In this document: positions 1 to 8,400 of the stretch, piece by piece
How the letters are laid out: each line of letters opens with the position of its first letter
Position numbering within the stretch: position 1 is the stretch's first letter
Source: Mycobacteriales bacterium
GTDB lineage: Bacteria > Actinomycetota > Actinomycetes > Mycobacteriales > QHCE01
Reading direction: 5' to 3'
Length of the DNA: 64,000 bases
NCBI GenBank assembly: GCA_041743105.1
Contig: JBGTNI010000015.1
Span: 5,667 to 69,666, forward strand
Position numbers and translations under genes: made by a program
The notes under the pieces: generated by a model
What the model was told of the DNA's origin: nothing
Database searches by the model: none
The model's input: only the letters and a program-made list of their open reading frames with translations

Positions 1-209
1 ACGCGGGCGGTGTCGTGCGCTCGCCGCAGATCACTGCTGACAATCACAGCCGGTTGAAGCCGCGCCAGCACCGGAGTGGCGATCTCGGCCTGCCGCCGCC
101 CCACCTCGTCCAAGCCAACGTCGCGCTGACCTTGCACCCGCCCATCGGCGTTCCACTCGGTTCGCCCGTGGCGCCACATCAGCAGCCGTCGTGAACTACC
201 CGGGCTCAC
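1..209 (-). CDS. histidine phosphatase family protein (phosphoglycerate-mutase-like), N-terminal part; gene continues beyond the window edge
   Basis: Not in the ORF track. Minus-strand translation from the GTG at 207-209 reads VSPGSSRRLLMWRHGRTEWNADGRVQGQRDVGLDEVGRRQAEIATPVLARLQPAVIVSSDLRRAHDTAR, containing the RHG catalytic motif. GTGA start/stop overlap with rsfS. Confidence 0.7.
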   Translation of the reverse strand, partial: MSPGSSRRLLMWRHGRTEWNADGRVQGQRDVGLDEVGRRQAEIATPVLARLQPAVIVSSDLRRAHDTAR

Positions 210-628
210 TGGGTGCCCCCCAACCGGGTCACATGGTCGGAACCCGCTGCAACGTCACCAGTGGTGCCGGAGCTATCCGTGAACGCAATCACCGGGCAAT
301 CTTTCCAGAGCCGCTCCAAACCGTAGAAAGCCCGCTCGTCGCTGTGCTGCACATGCACGACTAGGTCCACAAAGTCCAGCAACACCCATCGACCCTCGCG
401 ATGGCCTTCCCGACGCACCGGCTTGGCCCCCAGCGCCAAGAGCCGGTCGGAGACCTCATCGACGATAGCCTGCACTTGCCGTTCGTTCGGCGCGGAAGCA
501 ATCGCGAAGGCATCGGTGATAGCAAGTCGTTCGCTCACATCGAGTAGCACGATATCGGTCGCAAGCTTATCGGCGGCGGCAACTGCCGCGGCCTGGGCAA
601 GTTCAACGGCTCGGTCGGATGCGGTCAC
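206..628 (-). CDS. rsfS: ribosome silencing factor RsfS (iojap-like)
   Basis: 140 aa. Typical RsfS pattern (KLATDIVLLDVS...DAFAIASAPNERQVQAIVDEV...GHREGRWVLLDFVDLVVHVQH..ERAFYGLERLW), directly downstream of nadD. Confidence 0.9.
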   Translation of the reverse strand: MTASDRAVELAQAAAVAAADKLATDIVLLDVSERLAITDAFAIASAPNERQVQAIVDEVSDRLLALGAKPVRREGHREGRWVLLDFVDLVVHVQHSDERAFYGLERLWKDCPVIAFTDSSGTTGDVAAGSDHVTRLGGTQ

Positions 629-643
629 ACTGTTCCCTCTCAG

Positions 644-1261
644 TCATGGAGTCCTTTCGGTCACAGGATCTTTTCTGTCCCGGTAGAGACCCCGTTTCTC
701 GATGTACGCGACGATGCCGTCGGGCACCAGATACCAGATGGGTCGGCCTTGTCGGACTCGTAGCCGGCAGCCGCTGGATGAGATCGCCATCGCCGGGATC
801 TCCAGTAGCGTTACGTCACGATCTGGCAGATGCGCGTCATCGAGCGCGAAACCGGGCCGAGTCACGCCAATGAAGTGGGCCAACGCGAACAGCTCGCCGA
901 CGCTCTTCCACGACAGGATGGTCTGTAACGCATCGGCGCCGGTAATGAAGAAGAGTTGGGTATCGTCGCTGTACTGCGCCTTGAGGTCACGCAACGTGTC
1001 GATGGTGTATGTGGGGCGGTCCCGGTCTATGTCGATCCGGCTCACCCGGAACAGTGGGTTCGCGGCAGTAGCGATCACCGTCATCAGATATCGATCCTCT
1101 GCGGGGCTGACCTGGCGATCGCGCTTCTGCCACGGCTGACCGGTTGGGACGAACACCACCTCGTCCAGTTCGAACAGTGCCGCCACCTCACTACCGGCCA
1201 CTAGGTGCCCGTGGTGGATCGGGTCAAACGTCCCACCCATCACACCGATTCGCCGCACCAC
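644..1261 (-). CDS. nadD: nicotinate-nucleotide adenylyltransferase
   Basis: 205 aa. N-terminal [15 protein letters not shown] nucleotidyltransferase motif. nadD-rsfS pairing. Confidence 0.9.
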   Translation of the reverse strand: MVRRIGVMGGTFDPIHHGHLVAGSEVAALFELDEVVFVPTGQPWQKRDRQVSPAEDRYLMTVIATAANPLFRVSRIDIDRDRPTYTIDTLRDLKAQYSDDTQLFFITGADALQTILSWKSVGELFALAHFIGVTRPGFALDDAHLPDRDVTLLEIPAMAISSSGCRLRVRQGRPIWYLVPDGIVAYIEKRGLYRDRKDPVTERTP

Positions 1262-1376
1262 ACCACTCTAGCGACGTGCCAGGTAGGGCTGCGGATCCCC
1301 TAGCATACGGCCAACTACGTGGCAGTTTTCAGAAATAGACGGGCGAGATGACAATTCTAGGAACTGTTGAACATTC

Positions 1377-2831
1377 TCAATCGTCATGGTTTAACTCTAG
1401 GTCCGGATCGCTCACGTCTTCGCCACGCCGTACCCGGCGCGCGGCCAGTCGGTCAGCCGGCGTCCGGCGATCATGTGACTCCAGCCGACGGTCCCTACCG
1501 CGCTCGCCGGGCGTGAAGTCTACACCGGCCTCGACGCTAGGCTCCCATTCGAAGGAGACGTCGCCGATGGTGACCGTGGAGCCTGGTTCGGCACCAAGTT
1601 TGGCCAGCTGCCCTTCAACACCGAGGCGGGCCAACCGGTCGGCGAGGTATCCCACGGCTTCATCATTAGTGAACTGCGTCTGCCGCACCCACCGTTCGGG
1701 CTTTTCGCCGCGAACGGTGAAAGCACCCGGCGTGCCTCGGTCCGGCTCCACGGTGAAACCGGCATCGTCTACCGGCTCAGGGCGGATCACGATGCGCGGC
1801 GACGTTGATTGCGTGGCCGCCGCTTGTGCCGCACGATACTGCTCGACGAGCTCGGCCATAGCAAACAGCAATGGTCGCAGACCGGCATGAGTCACCGCAC
1901 TGATCTCGAATACCCGCCAGCCGGCTCTTACTAGCTCCGGTCGCATCAGCTCCGCCATGTCGGCGCCATGCGGCAGGTCGATTTTGTTCAGCACCACCAA
2001 GCGGGGGCGATCGGCGAGCCCACCGTAGGCGGCAAGCTCGGTCTCGATCGCGGTGATATCGGAGATCGGGTTACGCTCGGCCAGTTCATTTGCAGCATCT
2101 ACCACGTGCACTAGAACGGCGCAGCGCTCGACGTGCCGCAGAAAATCCAGGCCTAAGCCTTTGCCGTCGGAGGCGCCTGGGATCAGTCCCGGCACGTCCG
2201 CAATTGTGAAAGTGGTCTCCCCGGCACTGACTACTCCCAGATTCGGCGTCAGGGTGGTGAACGGGTAATCGGCAATCTTGGGACGTGCAGCGGAGACGAC
2301 TGAGATCAGCGATGACTTTCCTGCGCTGGGAAAGCCGACCAAGCCCACGTCAGCTAAACTCCTGAGCTCGAGTGTCAGCTCACGCTGCTCCCCCGGCTCG
2401 CCTAACAGCGCAAAGCCCGGAGCCTTGCGGCGGGTAGATGCCAGCGCGGCATTTCCTAACCCGCCTCGACCGCCACGGGCGGCCACGAAACGTGTGCCTT
2501 CGCCCACGAGATCGGCGAGAACGGCGCCATCAGGGGCCAAAACCATCGTGCCATTGGGCACGCGCAGCTCACGGCCTGCGCCGGCTGCGCCGTGACGATT
2601 ATCGCCTTGACCGCCCTGACCGTTAGTAGCTAGGGCATGCGGGTGGAAGTGAAAGTCCAGCAGCGTGTGCACACCCGAATCGACCACGAGCACAATGTCT
2701 CCGCCGTCGCCGCCGTTACCCCCGTCGGGACCGCCAAGCGGCTTGAATTTCTCCCGATGCACCGAGGCGCAGCCGTGCCCACCGTTTCCCGCAGCGACGT
2801 GCAGGGTCACCCGGTCAACAAAATCCGCCAC
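1377..2831 (-). CDS. obg: GTPase Obg/CgtA
   Basis: 484 aa. Glycine-rich Obg fold ([37 protein letters not shown]), G1 motif [23 protein letters not shown]. Follows rplU-rpmA. Confidence 0.95.
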   Translation of the reverse strand: MADFVDRVTLHVAAGNGGHGCASVHREKFKPLGGPDGGNGGDGGDIVLVVDSGVHTLLDFHFHPHALATNGQGGQGDNRHGAAGAGRELRVPNGTMVLAPDGAVLADLVGEGTRFVAARGGRGGLGNAALASTRRKAPGFALLGEPGEQRELTLELRSLADVGLVGFPSAGKSSLISVVSAARPKIADYPFTTLTPNLGVVSAGETTFTIADVPGLIPGASDGKGLGLDFLRHVERCAVLVHVVDAANELAERNPISDITAIETELAAYGGLADRPRLVVLNKIDLPHGADMAELMRPELVRAGWRVFEISAVTHAGLRPLLFAMAELVEQYRAAQAAATQSTSPRIVIRPEPVDDAGFTVEPDRGTPGAFTVRGEKPERWVRQTQFTNDEAVGYLADRLARLGVEGQLAKLGAEPGSTVTIGDVSFEWEPSVEAGVDFTPGERGRDRRLESHDRRTPADRLAARRVRRGEDVSDPDLELNHDD

Positions 2832-2853
2832 TGGCCACTCACGTCCCTACCTC

Positions 2854-2925
2854 AAAAATGCCACGAGCGTGACACCATGGCCCCTTTTCGGCCCAAATAA
2901 CGGCCATGGTGTCACGCTCGTGGCA
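2854..2925 (-). terminator. intrinsic terminator/attenuator hairpin between rpmA and obg
   Basis: Perfect 24-bp inverted repeat TGCCACGAGCGTGACACCATGGCC (2859-2882) / GGCCATGGTGTCACGCTCGTGGCA (2902-2925) with a 19-nt loop. On the minus-strand RNA the stem starts 5 nt after the rpmA stop and is followed by UUUUU (2858-2854). Confidence 0.65.
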
Positions 2926-2930
2926 AAAAG

Positions 2931-3197
2931 CTAGGCAGAGGTGTGCTCGGCTTCGCGAACGTTCACCAGCTTGCGACCACGCGAGGCACTGAATTCCACG
3001 GAGCCGGCTAGCAACGCGAACAACGTGTCGTCCTTGCCGCGACCCACGCCTTGTCCGGGGTGAAACTTGGTGCCCCGTTGCCGGACCAAAATCTCGCCGG
3101 CGTTAACCAGCTGCCCGCCGAAACGCTTCACACCTAGCCGCTGGGCGTTGGAATCACGACCGTTGCGAGAGGAAGATGCCCCTTTTTTGTGTGCCAT
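2931..3197 (-). CDS. rpmA: 50S ribosomal protein L27
   Basis: 88 aa. [29 protein letters not shown] is the canonical L27 N-terminus. Confidence 0.97.
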   Translation of the reverse strand: MAHKKGASSSRNGRDSNAQRLGVKRFGGQLVNAGEILVRQRGTKFHPGQGVGRGKDDTLFALLAGSVEFSASRGRKLVNVREAEHTSA

Positions 3198-3211
3198 GTC
3201 TTCGTAATCTC

Positions 3212-3541
3212 CTACTTCACACCAGTGAGAGGTGCCTCAAAAATCGACGTGACTTCCACTTTAGTGAGCGGCTGGCGGTGGCCCTGGCGCTTGTGGTAAC
3301 CAGTCTTGTTCTTGAACTTGTGGATCCGAATCTTCGGACCTTTGGTGTGTTCCACCACGGTGCCAGTCACGGTGACCTTGGCCAACGCCGTGGCGTCGTG
3401 AGTGACGGTGCCATCGTTTACCAGCAGCAACGGCTGCAGGTCAACGGTCTCGCCAGGTTTGGCGGCGACTTTCTCCACCTCTAAGACGTCGCCGACGGCA
3501 GCCTTGTACTGGCGCCCCCCAGCCTTGACGATCGCGTACAT
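3212..3541 (-). CDS. rplU: 50S ribosomal protein L21
   Basis: 109 aa. [24 protein letters not shown] and [16 protein letters not shown] are typical L21. Directly upstream of rpmA. Confidence 0.95.
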   Translation of the reverse strand: MYAIVKAGGRQYKAAVGDVLEVEKVAAKPGETVDLQPLLLVNDGTVTHDATALAKVTVTGTVVEHTKGPKIRIHKFKNKTGYHKRQGHRQPLTKVEVTSIFEAPLTGVK

Positions 3542-3745
3542 CTACGCAGGTCTCCTTGCTTTTTAAGTCACTGCGATGTGATTAGTCGCATACTTCGCGC
3601 ACCCGTGGCACGCGGCGCTCATACCGGCATCTTAGGGTACGACAGCTGGCGCCGGCACACCTCACTGGGGTCGAGTGGGTGCAATGCGAGACGGTTACCC
3701 GACCCGCGCCCTACTAGCCAACCTGACCGGGAGGATTAACACATA

Positions 3746-4888
3746 GTGCTTGCCATCAAGAAATCTGGCGACTTCGAGCTAGACGTTGTAGGGATAGGGG
3801 CACTCAACCTCGATTACGTGGCGCATTCTTCCCTGGTAGTCGATAGCACCGTGCCGGCTGAATCACTGATCATTATCGTATCGAAACTGCTTACCGAGTT
3901 GGACCCGCCGGTGGAATGGAATACCGAGCGTACGGTGAGCGAACAAGAGATGGAGCTTGCACTCAGCATGATGCCCGCTACAACAGCGGCAGCGCTGGGA
4001 GGATCGGCGTTCAATACGATCCATGCCCTCGGCGCCATGCAGCTGGGGCTGCGCCTTGGTTATGTGGGCATAGCTGGTCGAACACCGTCGGATGCGCCCT
4101 CATTTTTCCGCAAATTCGATGAACTTGGCGTCGATCATTCTTTCGTTCATCGCATCGACTCTCGCTATTGCGGTATCTGCTTATCCATCATGGAGTGTGG
4201 CGAACCCACAATGCTCACCCACGCCGGAGCCAACATCGAAATGGCTCACTTTTTAGCCGTCAAGTTCGATGAGATTGTTACCTACTTGGCCAAAGCTCGC
4301 GTCGTCCACGTTACGTCGTTTCTCGATTCGCTGACTCCCCAGCAGCTGTTGCGGACACTACGCGCGGTCAGAAAACGTAATCCGAAGACAATCATTAGCG
4401 TTGATCCGGGATACGGGTGGTGCACGGAGTTTACGCCAGCGATAAAAGGGATTCTGAGATTAAGTGATTTTTTGTCGGTCAATGAGCTAGAACTACGCGA
4501 GCTGTCCAACAGCCGCCTTAGTCCAGTTAACGATGATGAGCATGCGGCTCACTCGGTACTGCGGCATCTCATGAGTCCGAAAGGCGTGCTGCTCGCCAAG
4601 AATCCGAGCGGAGTGCGCTGCTATCGCTTTATACGTGGCGAGATCAATATCGACCGGTATAGCCATGTTCCCTTGCGGGACAACGAGATCGTCGATGCAA
4701 CCGGGGCTGGGGACGTTTTTATTGGCGGTCTACTTGCTGGCGTTTGGGCACACCAGCATCGTTTAGCTCCGGGGGCATTGCTCGGGATTCGTTTAGCGAA
4801 ACTGCACCTTCAGTACCTTGGCGATCGTAGTCTGGAGCGCTTCGCCAGTATTACGCGCGAATTCATTGACTCCGCGCGGATTCAGTGA
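3746..4888 (+). CDS. PfkB/ribokinase-family carbohydrate kinase (atypically long, 380 aa)
   Basis: GTG start. N-terminal VVGIGALNLDYV and C-terminal DATGAGDVFIGGLLAG (PfkB signature 2). Visibly lower G+C and more A/T-ending codons than its neighbours. Confidence 0.75.
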   Translation: MLAIKKSGDFELDVVGIGALNLDYVAHSSLVVDSTVPAESLIIIVSKLLTELDPPVEWNTERTVSEQEMELALSMMPATTAAALGGSAFNTIHALGAMQLGLRLGYVGIAGRTPSDAPSFFRKFDELGVDHSFVHRIDSRYCGICLSIMECGEPTMLTHAGANIEMAHFLAVKFDEIVTYLAKARVVHVTSFLDSLTPQQLLRTLRAVRKRNPKTIISVDPGYGWCTEFTPAIKGILRLSDFLSVNELELRELSNSRLSPVNDDEHAAHSVLRHLMSPKGVLLAKNPSGVRCYRFIRGEINIDRYSHVPLRDNEIVDATGAGDVFIGGLLAGVWAHQHRLAPGALLGIRLAKLHLQYLGDRSLERFASITREFIDSARIQ

Positions 4889-4890
4889 GC

Positions 4891-7080
4891 TTATCGATCA
4901 ACCGAACGTGGCGTGGCTGCCACTGCAACCGCGGTTACGCCGTCGGTTTCCGATCCATTGCGGACCCCCGGCGCTCCTTCGGCCCGCCGCGCCGAGCGGC
5001 GCGATCGACGCTGATGCTTGGGTTCGGCCTCGGAGCTGTCGCTGTGGTCACTGGAGTTAGAACGCACTGAGCCGGCCCGCCCCGAGCTGCCGCGACCTGA
5101 AGCGGCTCGCTCGGGCAGCGGCTCACTGTGCACCACCACGCCGCGACCCTTGCAGTGCTCACAGGGCTCGCTATACGCCTCTAGGAGACCTTGGCTCAGC
5201 CGCTTGCGGGTCAGCTGCACTAGCCCCAGCGACGTCACCTCCGACACCTGATGCCGGGTCCGGTCTCGGCCCAAGCATTCGGTGAGCCGGCGCAGTACCA
5301 GGTCGCGGTTGGACTCCAACACCATGTCGATGAAGTCGATCACCACGATGCCACCGATGTCGCGCAGCCGCAGCTGTCGGACGGTTTCTTCGGCCGCCTC
5401 CAAGTTGTTGCGCGTGACAGTCTCTTCGAGGTTGCCGCCCTGACCAGTGAACTTTCCGGTGTTGACGTCCACAACGGTCATCGCTTCGGTTCGGTCGATG
5501 ACCAGCGAACCACCACTAGGGAGCCAAACTTTACGTTCTAGTGCCTTGGCCAGCTGCTCGTCGATACGGAGTTCGGCGAAGAGGTCTGCGTCCGCGGGAT
5601 AGTGGGTGAGACGGTCGGCGAGGTCAGGAGAGACGTGGGAGACGTACTGCTCGACCAGTTCCCAGCTATCAAGTGCCGAGTCGTCGCCCTGCACGAGGAG
5701 TTTCGTGAAGTCTTCGTTGAAGATATCGCGGATGACGCGGATGACCAGATCGGGCTCTTCGTACAGCTGGGTGGGAGCGCTGGACTTGGCCGCCTTGGCG
5801 TTGATGGTCTCCCATTGCGCGGCCAACCTGGCAACATCGCGCGACAGTTCAGTCTCACTCGCACCTTCTGCCGCGGTCCGAATGATGACTCCCGCTTCGG
5901 GGGGGACGACTTCTTTCAAAATGTCTTTGAGACGGCGGCGTTCGGTGTCTGGCAGCTTGCGGCTGATACCGGTCATCTCGCCACCGGGCACATACACTAA
6001 AAAGCGGCCCGGCAGGCTGATCTGGCTGGTTAGCCGGGCACCCTTATGTCCTATCGGGTCCTTGGTGACCTGCACCATCACGCTGTCACCGGGCTTGAGC
6101 GCCTGCTCGATCTTACGAGGCTTGCCCTCCATGGAGGCGGAGTCCCAGTTCACTTCGCCGGCATAGAGGATGGCGTTACGGCCCTTGCCGATGTCGACAA
6201 ACGCGGCCTCCATGCTAGGGAGCACATTCTGCACCTTGCCCAGGTATACCCCACCGATCATCGACGATGAAGATGCCCGGGTGACGTAATGCTCAACGAG
6301 CACGTCATCTTCAAGCACGGCGACCTGCGTGAGGTCCTTTCGCTGGCGCACCGCCATGACCCGTTCCACCGATTCGCGACGGGCCAGGAACTCCGCCTCG
6401 GTGACCACTGGTGCGCGCCGGCGATTTTCCCGACCGTCGCGGCGACGCTGCCGTTTAGCTTCCAACCGAGCAGAACCCCGGACACCTTGTACTTCGTCGT
6501 CGCGGGAAGTTTCGGGCGCCCCGTTATCTAAGGTGTCCAATCCTCCCGAGCCCGAACCCCGGCTCCGTCGCCTACGACGGCGTCGCGTCGTGGTGACTAG
6601 ATCGGAGGAGTCGCTGGCGGAAGTCTCAGACCTGTCGGCGGAACCATCGGCAGCCTCGTCGTTATCCGATTCCTGATCCAAGGCGTCACTGCCGTCGTCG
6701 GAATCGGTACGGCCACGACCACGGCCTCGGCGACCTCGCCGGCGGCGGCGGCGCTCGGCTTCATCGACAGAATCGTCGTCGTTGGCGGGTTGAGTGGATC
6801 CGTCATCGGAGCGCAAGCTATTTCTGCTGCCGCGCGCTGGCCGATCCTCGGTCGCAGTACGCGGGGTCGGTAGCTCCGGCGGCTGTAGCTCATGAGGTGG
6901 CGGCGCAACGAACATCAGGCTCGCGGCTGGGCGGGCAGCCGAGCCTGCGCCTGGGTGCGGCGCCGCCAAGGGCTTTGGGGCTGATGGGTGGTCTGGGGCG
7001 GTGGGTGGCTCAGAAGTGAGCATCCGGGGTATCTCCCGTTCAGTTCCCGGGCGCACGCGCAAATCCACGTGCAGCCGCAC
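4891..7080 (-). CDS. rne: ribonuclease E/G family (RNase E)
   Basis: 729-aa ORF. Arg/Asp/Ser-rich disordered N-terminal region, then S1-like and catalytic core (GGVYLGKVQNVLPSMEAAFVDIG, IVVIDFIDM, CEHCKGRG). The exact start is uncertain; an alternative is M at MLTSEPP. Confidence 0.9.
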   Translation of the reverse strand: MRLHVDLRVRPGTEREIPRMLTSEPPTAPDHPSAPKPLAAPHPGAGSAARPAASLMFVAPPPHELQPPELPTPRTATEDRPARGSRNSLRSDDGSTQPANDDDSVDEAERRRRRRGRRGRGRGRTDSDDGSDALDQESDNDEAADGSADRSETSASDSSDLVTTTRRRRRRRSRGSGSGGLDTLDNGAPETSRDDEVQGVRGSARLEAKRQRRRDGRENRRRAPVVTEAEFLARRESVERVMAVRQRKDLTQVAVLEDDVLVEHYVTRASSSSMIGGVYLGKVQNVLPSMEAAFVDIGKGRNAILYAGEVNWDSASMEGKPRKIEQALKPGDSVMVQVTKDPIGHKGARLTSQISLPGRFLVYVPGGEMTGISRKLPDTERRRLKDILKEVVPPEAGVIIRTAAEGASETELSRDVARLAAQWETINAKAAKSSAPTQLYEEPDLVIRVIRDIFNEDFTKLLVQGDDSALDSWELVEQYVSHVSPDLADRLTHYPADADLFAELRIDEQLAKALERKVWLPSGGSLVIDRTEAMTVVDVNTGKFTGQGGNLEETVTRNNLEAAEETVRQLRLRDIGGIVVIDFIDMVLESNRDLVLRRLTECLGRDRTRHQVSEVTSLGLVQLTRKRLSQGLLEAYSEPCEHCKGRGVVVHSEPLPERAASGRGSSGRAGSVRSNSSDHSDSSEAEPKHQRRSRRSARRAEGAPGVRNGSETDGVTAVAVAATPRSVDR

Positions 7081-7396
7081 AGGAACATATAGTCTGGCGG
7101 AACTGATTTAGCGCCGATGGCGGCGCAAAAACTTCGCGTTGGCGCCAGCACTCTCTTTGCTGCAAGTACCGCGTTGCCACGGCTTGGAAGCCTGACCGTG
7201 TCGGTCGGCAGCCCACAGCTCGATGGGTAACGCTGCGCACAACTTCTTTCGAGTATGGCACACCCCGTACCCTCACGCCCCGGCGACACAGCCCGCGTGT
7301 CGCCGGGGCTTGTCACGAGCTGGACGCAAGCACAAGTTTGAGCCAAAAAACGGCGAATTGTCGAGTTCGTGGACAGCTTTTCTCAGCGGTAGGACG

Positions 7397-7780
7397 TCAC
7401 GAATCCAGCGGAGGGCGCTGCTGCCGATTCTGCTGACGTGCCAGAAACGGTGTTTCACGCAGCCGCTCGGCCTCGCGTTCCTCAGACGTGAGCTGGCACT
7501 GCTGGGTGGCCTTCCGTTCGGCGCGCTCGGCGAGCCGGTCGGCGGTCAGCATCAGCAGTGTCGCCGCCAAAAATGTCACCATCGCAACGATCACCAGAAC
7601 CATCAGAACGAACGTGCTTGGCAGCTCTTTGGGATCACCGGCCATGGCTTTGAGCACCGTGATCGCGACCGCCGTGCCTGCTGCCGCAGCGGCGACTAGG
7701 CGCAGTAGCCGGCATAGGATGCGCAACGCCGTGACCGCCGCGGATCCGCGTGGTCGATCGCTACGAATACTCACCTTCAC
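7397..7780 (-). CDS. hypothetical small membrane protein
   Basis: 127 aa, GTG start. Two hydrophobic segments (LLRLVAAAAAGTAVAITVL, FVLMVLVIVAMVTFLAATLLML). GTGA overlap with the upstream 207-aa ORF suggests translational coupling. Confidence 0.45.
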   Translation of the reverse strand: MKVSIRSDRPRGSAAVTALRILCRLLRLVAAAAAGTAVAITVLKAMAGDPKELPSTFVLMVLVIVAMVTFLAATLLMLTADRLAERAERKATQQCQLTSEEREAERLRETPFLARQQNRQQRPPLDS

Positions 7781-8400
7781 CGTCCTAGGGCTGTCTGGAT
7801 CGCTGCGGATGAGGAGGTTACTCGACGGCTTGCTAACGGTGGCTTACTACTGAGCGGGACATTGCTACGCCAACAGTACAGAGCGGTGTCGGCTCCCCTG
7901 CCAGCTTGCACGGCAGAGGCAAGCTGACGCAACCGATCGGTGAACCCCAATAATTCCTCAGCGACGGTGTGTTCCGAAAGTCCACCGCTGCGACACCACA
8001 GTGCGACAACGTCATCCCATTCGATCTCCGGGTCACCGTCGGCACCTTGCAAGGCAAATACCGCACGTGCGCTCACCCGCGCCATTGCCAGAGGTTCGCC
8101 TGGATCGGCGTCCACTGGAGTAGCAACTACTGGACCTTTTCCGGTCGGCTCGCCACCCAAAATAGCCACGAGGCGAGAAAGTTCGGTCACCGGATCGTGG
8201 TCGATGAAAGCACCCTTCAGGGTGAGCACCGAAGCAGCGCCTAGCTGCGCCACTAGGTCTTCGGGGGTAGTAACGCCGATCGACTGCGCCATCCGGGCCA
8301 CGCAATAACCGCCGGGTATTCGAGCACCCGGCAGTAGGTGCTGTTCTGCTGCCGCCATGAACGGCTTATCACCAGCCACCTTTAAGCCTTGGCCAGCCAC
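7777..8400 (-). CDS. hypothetical protein
   Basis: 207-aa ORF immediately downstream of ileS. The start may be the internal M at 8355 (MAAAEQHLL). No motif I recognise. Confidence 0.45.
   Translation of the reverse strand: MAGQGLKVAGDKPFMAAAEQHLLPGARIPGGYCVARMAQSIGVTTPEDLVAQLGAASVLTLKGAFIDHDPVTELSRLVAILGGEPTGKGPVVATPVDADPGEPLAMARVSARAVFALQGADGDPEIEWDDVVALWCRSGGLSEHTVAEELLGFTDRLRQLASAVQAGRGADTALYCWRSNVPLSSKPPLASRRVTSSSAAIQTALGR

Noticed and set aside
6540-6800. Repetitive CGN/GAC-rich DNA that looks like a tandem repeat
   Set aside because: It encodes the Arg/Asp/Ser-rich disordered region of RNase E (RRRRRGRRGRGRGR, DDGSD...). This is low-complexity coding sequence, not an independent repeat element or CRISPR.
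7081-7396. ORFs in the 316-bp region upstream of rne (143, 78, 61 aa)
   Set aside because: They are short, overlapping and motif-free. The region is more plausibly the long 5' UTR and promoter of rne, which is autoregulated through its leader in other bacteria. I could not identify a specific structure.
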